Shown here in pieces: positions 61,101-64,000 of a DNA stretch of 64,000 bases. A program made the translations under genes and the position numbers. The stretch's first letter is position 1; the number at the start of each line of letters is the position of its first letter. The notes below the pieces were generated by a model. It had not been told where the DNA came from. It worked only from the letters and a program-made list of their open reading frames with translations, and did not search any database. This DNA comes from Haplodiscus bocki (taxonomy: Eukaryota), in assembly GCA_965655095.1 (NCBI GenBank), contig OZ296656.1:86056001-86120000 (forward strand), read 5' to 3'.

Positions 61101-64000
61101 AAAACTTTCAAATCCACTTTTGGGTAACATTCTGTCAAACGTAACGTTTTTTTAAACTAACAAAAACTTGCAAAGGTAAAATGTCGAAAAAATTAGGATT
61201 TTTCCAATTTGAGCCAAAGGTTGGGGGAAAACATGAGAAATAGTGAAAATGGCTGGCAAAGTTAAGGTCGGGCATAAATTTTATCTGTAATCCGGGTTAG
61301 TATCTGGTCAAAAGTGTCGAAATAAATAGTGTCTGAAATTCTGGAAAAACTCCGAGAATATAAATTTTCTGATTTTTAAAAAGTGAAGGAGGAGTTGAGG
61401 GAGACTCGGCTCGGCTCGGCTCGGCTCGGCTCGGCTCGGCTCGGTTCGGCTCAGATCGGCTCGGTTCGGCTCGGCTAAATCTTGAGAATGGCGGGCGAAA
61501 ATAAACTGGAGCAATAACTTTACTTCTAAACCTATGGATTACTCTGGTAAAACTCTTGACATTGCCAAGGGGTCAGAGCAAAGGATATAAGATGAATCTG
61601 AAACTCAATGAAATGCTTCCAGCATGGACACCGGAGTCAAGAAGTGAGGACTGGACGCTAGATGTAGCTTGTCAAGATTCAGTAGGGATAAGTTTCCAAT
61701 TCTAATCCGTAGTGATAACCGTTCAAAATGCTAACAGATTTGCAAGCCGAGTCAACTTTTTTTTTTGGTACGGGCTTAAAATTTAAACTCGTTAAAAACA
61801 TATGGCTACCCTGATTTTTACATAATTCGGTTAGAATTGAGTTCTACCTCAAAATCCTCACCGTCTATAATAAATACAGGAAAGTTTCCAGATACACTTG
61901 ATTAGTTTTGTATCTCACCTACAACGATTCATTCTTACAATTTCTGATAAAAGGAACCTAAAAAGTTCAGGCCTATAAAGCGTACTACAGTTGCTATTCT
62001 CTATCTTAGCACATGTTGCTTTTTTCAGTATCTAACAAGCGTGAATTCTAAGTGGAATACTTTTCCCTCAAACCTCAAAGAGGACAACGATGCTTTCGAG
62101 TAATTCATTACGGTCGTAGAGATTTTAAAAATGGAAAAGATGTCAGATTTCAACTAGCGAAAAACTGGAAAAAAAGAAGCCCTTCAGTTTTTCGACTATC
62201 GGTCACCTTTTTATCAGACAAAACTCTTTGTTTTCAAAATTCTAGGAAACTTTTGTTCTTATTTTTTTCCAAATCTTATAGTTTTGTTTGTGGGTGATGC
62301 CAGCATTGTTCAATTTAGAAAACGAAGTAATTCTCCGAGTTAGCTCCCAAAAAAATTGTGGCCATGCTCAAGTTGTAAGAATACAGAGATAGACAAAGTC
62401 CTTCAAATCATTCTGATTTTTAAACTTTGAGTCCCAAGGCTCATGAGGACACGGAAAAAAATGGGGAAGGAAACGTGAGTTCAATTGGTTGAAAGTTTTC
62501 AAATCCACGCCTGGGTAACTTTCTGCCAAAAGTGTGGTTTATCGCAAGCTAGCAAAAATTTGCAAAGGTAAAGTTTCGAAAACTTTGCGATTGTTCCAAC
62601 TTGGGCACAAGGATGGGGAAAACAGGAAGAGTAGTAAAATTGGCTGGCGAAGTTCAGGCAGGGTATAAATTTTATCTGTAATCCGGGTTAGCATCCGGTC
62701 AAAAGTGTCGAAACAAAAAGTGTCTGAAATTCCCGAGAAACTCAGAAAAACACTTGTTTGCGATTTTTCAAACTTGAAGAGGGAATTGACGGAGGCTCGG
62801 TTCGGCTCGGCTACTTCTTGAGAATGGCGGGCGAAATTAAATTGGAACAAAATTTTCACTTTTAAACCAGTAGATTATTCGTGTAAAATTCTTGACATTG
62901 CCAAGTTGTATGAGCAAAGAATATCAGGTGAATCTGAAACTCCTTGAAATGCTTCCAGCATGGACACCGGAGTTAAGAAGTGAGGGCTGGACACTGAAAG
63001 TGGCTTGACAACATTCAGTAGGGATAAGTTTCCAATTCTATTCAGTAACGAAAACCGTTTAAAGTGATAACAAATTTGAAGGCTGAGTGAACATTTTTTT
63101 GAAAGTCGGGTCAGAAACTAAACTGGCTGAAAAGTTATGGCTGCACTGATTTTGACGAAGTTTGGTCGAATTTGGGTTTATGTCAAAAATCTAATCGTCT
63201 ACAAAAAATACAGGAAAACTTCCAGGTACTCGTGATTAGTTTTGTGTCTCACCTACAAAAATGGATTTTTACAAGTTCCAAAAAAAGGTACCTAAAATGT
63301 TTACGCCTATAAAGCATACTACGGTTGCTATACTCTATCTTAGCACATGTTGATTTTTTTCCGTATCTAACAAGCGTGAATACTCTTAAGTGGATAATTT
63401 TTCCCTCAAACCTCAAAGAGGACTACGATGATTTCGAGTAATCCAATACGGTCGTAGAGATTTTACAATTGGAAAGGATGTCAGATTTCAACTGGCGAAA
63501 ACTGGAAAAAAAGAGGCCCTCCAATTTTTCGAAAATCGGTCACTTCTTTTATGAGACAAAATTTTTCGTTACCGAAGTCCAAGGAAACTTTGTTCTTGTT
63601 TTTATCTGAATCTTAAAGTTTTGGTGGTAGGTGATGCCAATGAGGTTGAATTTTGAAAAAATTGCGGTCTTTTTCCGAGGTAGCTCGCAACGAAAAACGT
63701 GGCCATGTTCAAGTTGAAAGAATGCAGAGAATGACAAATTTCTTGAAACATTCTGATTTTACAGCTTCAGGTACAAACGCTCAAGAAGACACAGAGAAAA
63801 GTGGGGAGATAAACGCGAGTTGAATTGGTTGAAAGTTTTCAAATCCACCTCTGGGTAACATTCTGTCAAAATTGCGGTTTCACCCGCGCTAACAAAAATT
63901 TGCAAAGATGAATTTTCGAAAATATTAGGACTGGTCCAATTTGGGCACAAGTGTTGGGAAAACATGAGGGGCATTGAAAATGACTGGCGAAGTTGAGGCC
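58140..64000. repeat. ~1.37-kb macrosatellite, at least 4.3 units, with an internal (GGCTC)n microsatellite
   Basis: GCCTATAAAGC at 59211, 60575, 61971, 63305; GGCTC tracts at ~58657, 60040, 61405, 62793. Confidence 0.95.

Noticed and set aside
58551-63974. Recurrent short ORFs (e.g. AEPSRAEP) in the macrosatellite
   Set aside because: By-products of the GGCTC tract and unit repetition; frames are not conserved between units.

Overview
AT-rich eukaryotic (invertebrate animal-like) genomic DNA with GT-AG introns. It holds three host genes. (1) The 5' part of importin beta-1 (KPNB1, minus strand, six coding exons 10795->7329; no further exons were found in 1-7328, so the gene presumably continues outside the window). 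(2) An intronless HACD1/2-type 3-hydroxyacyl-CoA dehydratase (+, 31511-32179). (3) A complete 8-exon V-ATPase catalytic subunit A (ATP6V1A, +, 34269-56683, 616 aa). The ~20 kb between KPNB1 and HACD is mostly non-LTR retrotransposon debris: an old APE-RT LINE interrupted by two tail-to-tail CRE-like (RLE) copies, then a same-strand nest of CR1/L2-group LINEs. The main discovery candidate is the architecture shared by the two best-preserved LINEs. Each has a stand-alone SGNH-like ORF0, a spacer with direct repeats, a PHD-finger ORF1, and an ATG-less APE-RT ORF2 in frame with ORF1. The junction is TGA-CTAG (a known readthrough context) in one copy and GGA-CTA (open fusion) in the other. The window also has a dispersed ~175-bp degenerate satellite, tRNA-derived fragments, several hairpins, and a ~1.37-kb macrosatellite running off the right end.
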